Shown here: positions 13,946-14,486 of the stretch, piece by piece
How the letters are laid out: the number at the start of each line of letters is the position of its first letter
How positions within the stretch are numbered: the stretch's first letter is position 1
From: an uncultured Candidatus Saccharibacteria bacterium
GTDB lineage: Bacteria; Patescibacteriota; Minisyncoccia; Phycocordibacterales; UBA918
Direction of reading: 5' to 3'
NCBI GenBank assembly: GCA_964517185.1
Contig: CAZFBT010000013.1
Location: 1 to 14,486, forward strand
Length of the DNA: 14,486 bases
Notes under the pieces: generated by a model
The model's database searches: none
The model's input: the letters and a program-made list of their open reading frames with translations, nothing else
Told to the model about the DNA's origin: nothing
Made by a program: the position numbers and the translations under genes

Positions 13946-13973
13946 CCGCCCGAGAACGATAGTTCTCGGGCGG
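13946..13973 (+). terminator. strong GC-rich hairpin, possible terminator of cassette B
   Basis: Perfect 12-bp stem CCGCCCGAGAAC / GTTCTCGGGCGG with loop GATA, followed by TTGCCGTTT, an interrupted T-run. Confidence 0.5.
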
Positions 13974-13985
13974 TTGCCGTTTGGA

Positions 13986-14004
13986 GCGGCTACTGGGAAT
14001 CGAA
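13986..14004 (-). repeat. inverted partial copy of the tRNA-His 3' end
   Basis: GCGGCTACTGGGAATCGAA is the exact reverse complement of tRNA-His nt 11852-11870 (TTCGATTCCCAGTAGCCGC). Including flanks, the match is 22/24. It forms an inverted pair with the direct partial copy at 14124-14144. Confidence 0.85.
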
Positions 14005-14123
14005 AGACGGAGGCCGATATGAATTTCTGAGTGAAGCGATGAAAGAAACCGGCCGAGTCAGGGTCGTGAGCGACATATTTTCAAGGAGTCGTAAGCAACT
14101 ATGAAAATAGTCGACTCCTGACA

Positions 14124-14194
14124 GATTCCCAGTAGCCGCCCTAACGAATATTTAGCTAGAATGTCCCTATATGTGGGGATTTTTTAGTTCCAAC
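14124..14194 (+). repeat. partial tRNA-His 3' end plus diverged L module (L'), probable original tRNA trailer / attR-like end
   Basis: The first 21 nt are identical to 11855-11875. The remaining L-like sequence has 7 substitutions and one 1-nt loop deletion. The hairpin is preserved: the G-C pair of L becomes A-T, one pair becomes G-U, and the outer CTAGAA stem is kept with one G-U. Confidence 0.85.
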
Positions 14195-14201
14195 CAAACG
14201 A

Positions 14202-14230
14202 TTGACACACAAGTATAATAATGGTATACT
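14202..14230 (+). promoter_or_regulatory. near-consensus sigma70-type promoter
   Basis: TTGACA (14202-14207), a 17-nt spacer, then TATACT (14225-14230). It is followed by a 7-bp 5'-UTR hairpin ACTCGTC/GACGAGT (14237-14256) and the Shine-Dalgarno sequence AAGGAG (14264-14269). Confidence 0.7.
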
Positions 14231-14276
14231 TTTTTTACTCGTCATTCCCGACGAGTTTCAACCAAGGAGCCAAACA

Positions 14277-14486
14277 ATGGCAATGAGCAAGGAGCGAATG
14301 GGCGAAATCGCCCTGTTGTACGTCAAGAAGAAGTTGCGTCGTGAAGGGCTGAACCTCAAGCCCAACATGCAACGCGAAGCGGGGAACGAAGCGAAGGCAC
14401 TCGGGATTTCCCCCGAGGAGGCGTCGGAGTTTATGGAAATCCTCGCTACCGAGCTGTTCGCCGAAGCCTTCCCCAAGAAGAGCTAG
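14277..14486 (+). CDS. small hypothetical protein (69 aa), helical and charged
   Basis: ATG 14277 lies 7 nt after AAGGAG, and the stop TAG at 14484-14486 is at the window end. The sequence reads MAMSKERMGEIALLYVKKKLRREGLNLKPNMQREAGNEAKALGISPEEASEFMEILATELFAEAFPKKS. GC is host-like. The track start at 14202 would overlap the promoter. Confidence 0.65.
   Translation: MAMSKERMGEIALLYVKKKLRREGLNLKPNMQREAGNEAKALGISPEEASEFMEILATELFAEAFPKKS

Larger units (their letters stand above)
11855..14144. mobile_element. candidate tRNA-His-integrated low-GC island / two-cassette array (no recombinase gene within it)
   Basis: The 21 nt GATTCCCAGTAGCCGCCCTAA at 11855-11875 (tRNA T-loop to trailer) recur exactly at 14124-14144, like an attL/attR pair. 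Hand counts of single 60-nt lines give ~33-42% GC inside (12001-12060, 13261-13320), against ~48-77% in flanking genes and 60% at 14341-14400. The internal modules are arranged L-geneA-R/L-geneB-R. Confidence 0.45.

Noticed and set aside
11868-14194. The L and R repeats as a CRISPR array or as canonical integron attC sites
   Set aside because: There are only three L copies and two R copies, spaced more than 1 kb apart, with protein-coding genes between them, so this is not a CRISPR array. The R+L junction lacks the RYYYAAC ... GTTRRRY inverse-core/core pair; the nearest strings are GTTCTAAC and GTTCTAGC, which are direct repeats, not inverted ones. No intI gene is present, so a classical integron is not supported.
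14202-14276. The ATT-type or upstream start at 14202 for the last ORF (94 aa)
   Set aside because: This extension would begin within the TTGACA -35 box and run through the promoter and UTR hairpin. ATG 14277 with AAGGAG at the correct spacing is far better.

Overview
The window looks like a chromosomal segment of a small-genome bacterium. Gene content and style are reminiscent of Patescibacteria/CPR, but that is inference only. In order it contains: the 3' end of metG; a pilM-pilN-pilO-like type IV pilus assembly operon plus a small membrane protein; tRNA-Arg(TCT); a 450-nt AT-rich ORF-free gap; a 1451-aa secreted multidomain surface protein; tRNA-Val(TAC) on the minus strand; acyP; uppS; an RluA-family pseudouridine synthase; rplS with a long Ala/Glu/Lys tail; tRNA-Leu(GAG); a ~370-nt heavily structured region; a Nudix hydrolase on the minus strand; a 124-nt nested palindrome; and tRNA-His(GTG). 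After tRNA-His comes a low-GC ~2.3-kb insertion, then a consensus sigma70-type promoter and a 69-aa ORF. Three observations stand out. (1) The tRNA-His-anchored insertion is built from two single-gene cassettes, an orphan membrane-anchored protein and a patatin-like lipase. The cassettes are delimited by reiterated 59-nt and 69-nt boundary modules and closed by a partial copy of the tRNA-His 3' end; no recombinase is visible in the window. (2) The structured region between tRNA-Leu and the Nudix gene holds two copies of an ~85-nt double stem-loop unit whose stems differ by fully compensated base-pair changes. (3) The giant surface protein has an internal TM / RKK / signal-peptide-like segment and three tandem ~65-aa four-cysteine modules. 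No CRISPR array, rRNA or recognisable transposase or integrase gene was seen. All calls come from reading the sequence and recalling family motifs; no database search was run.
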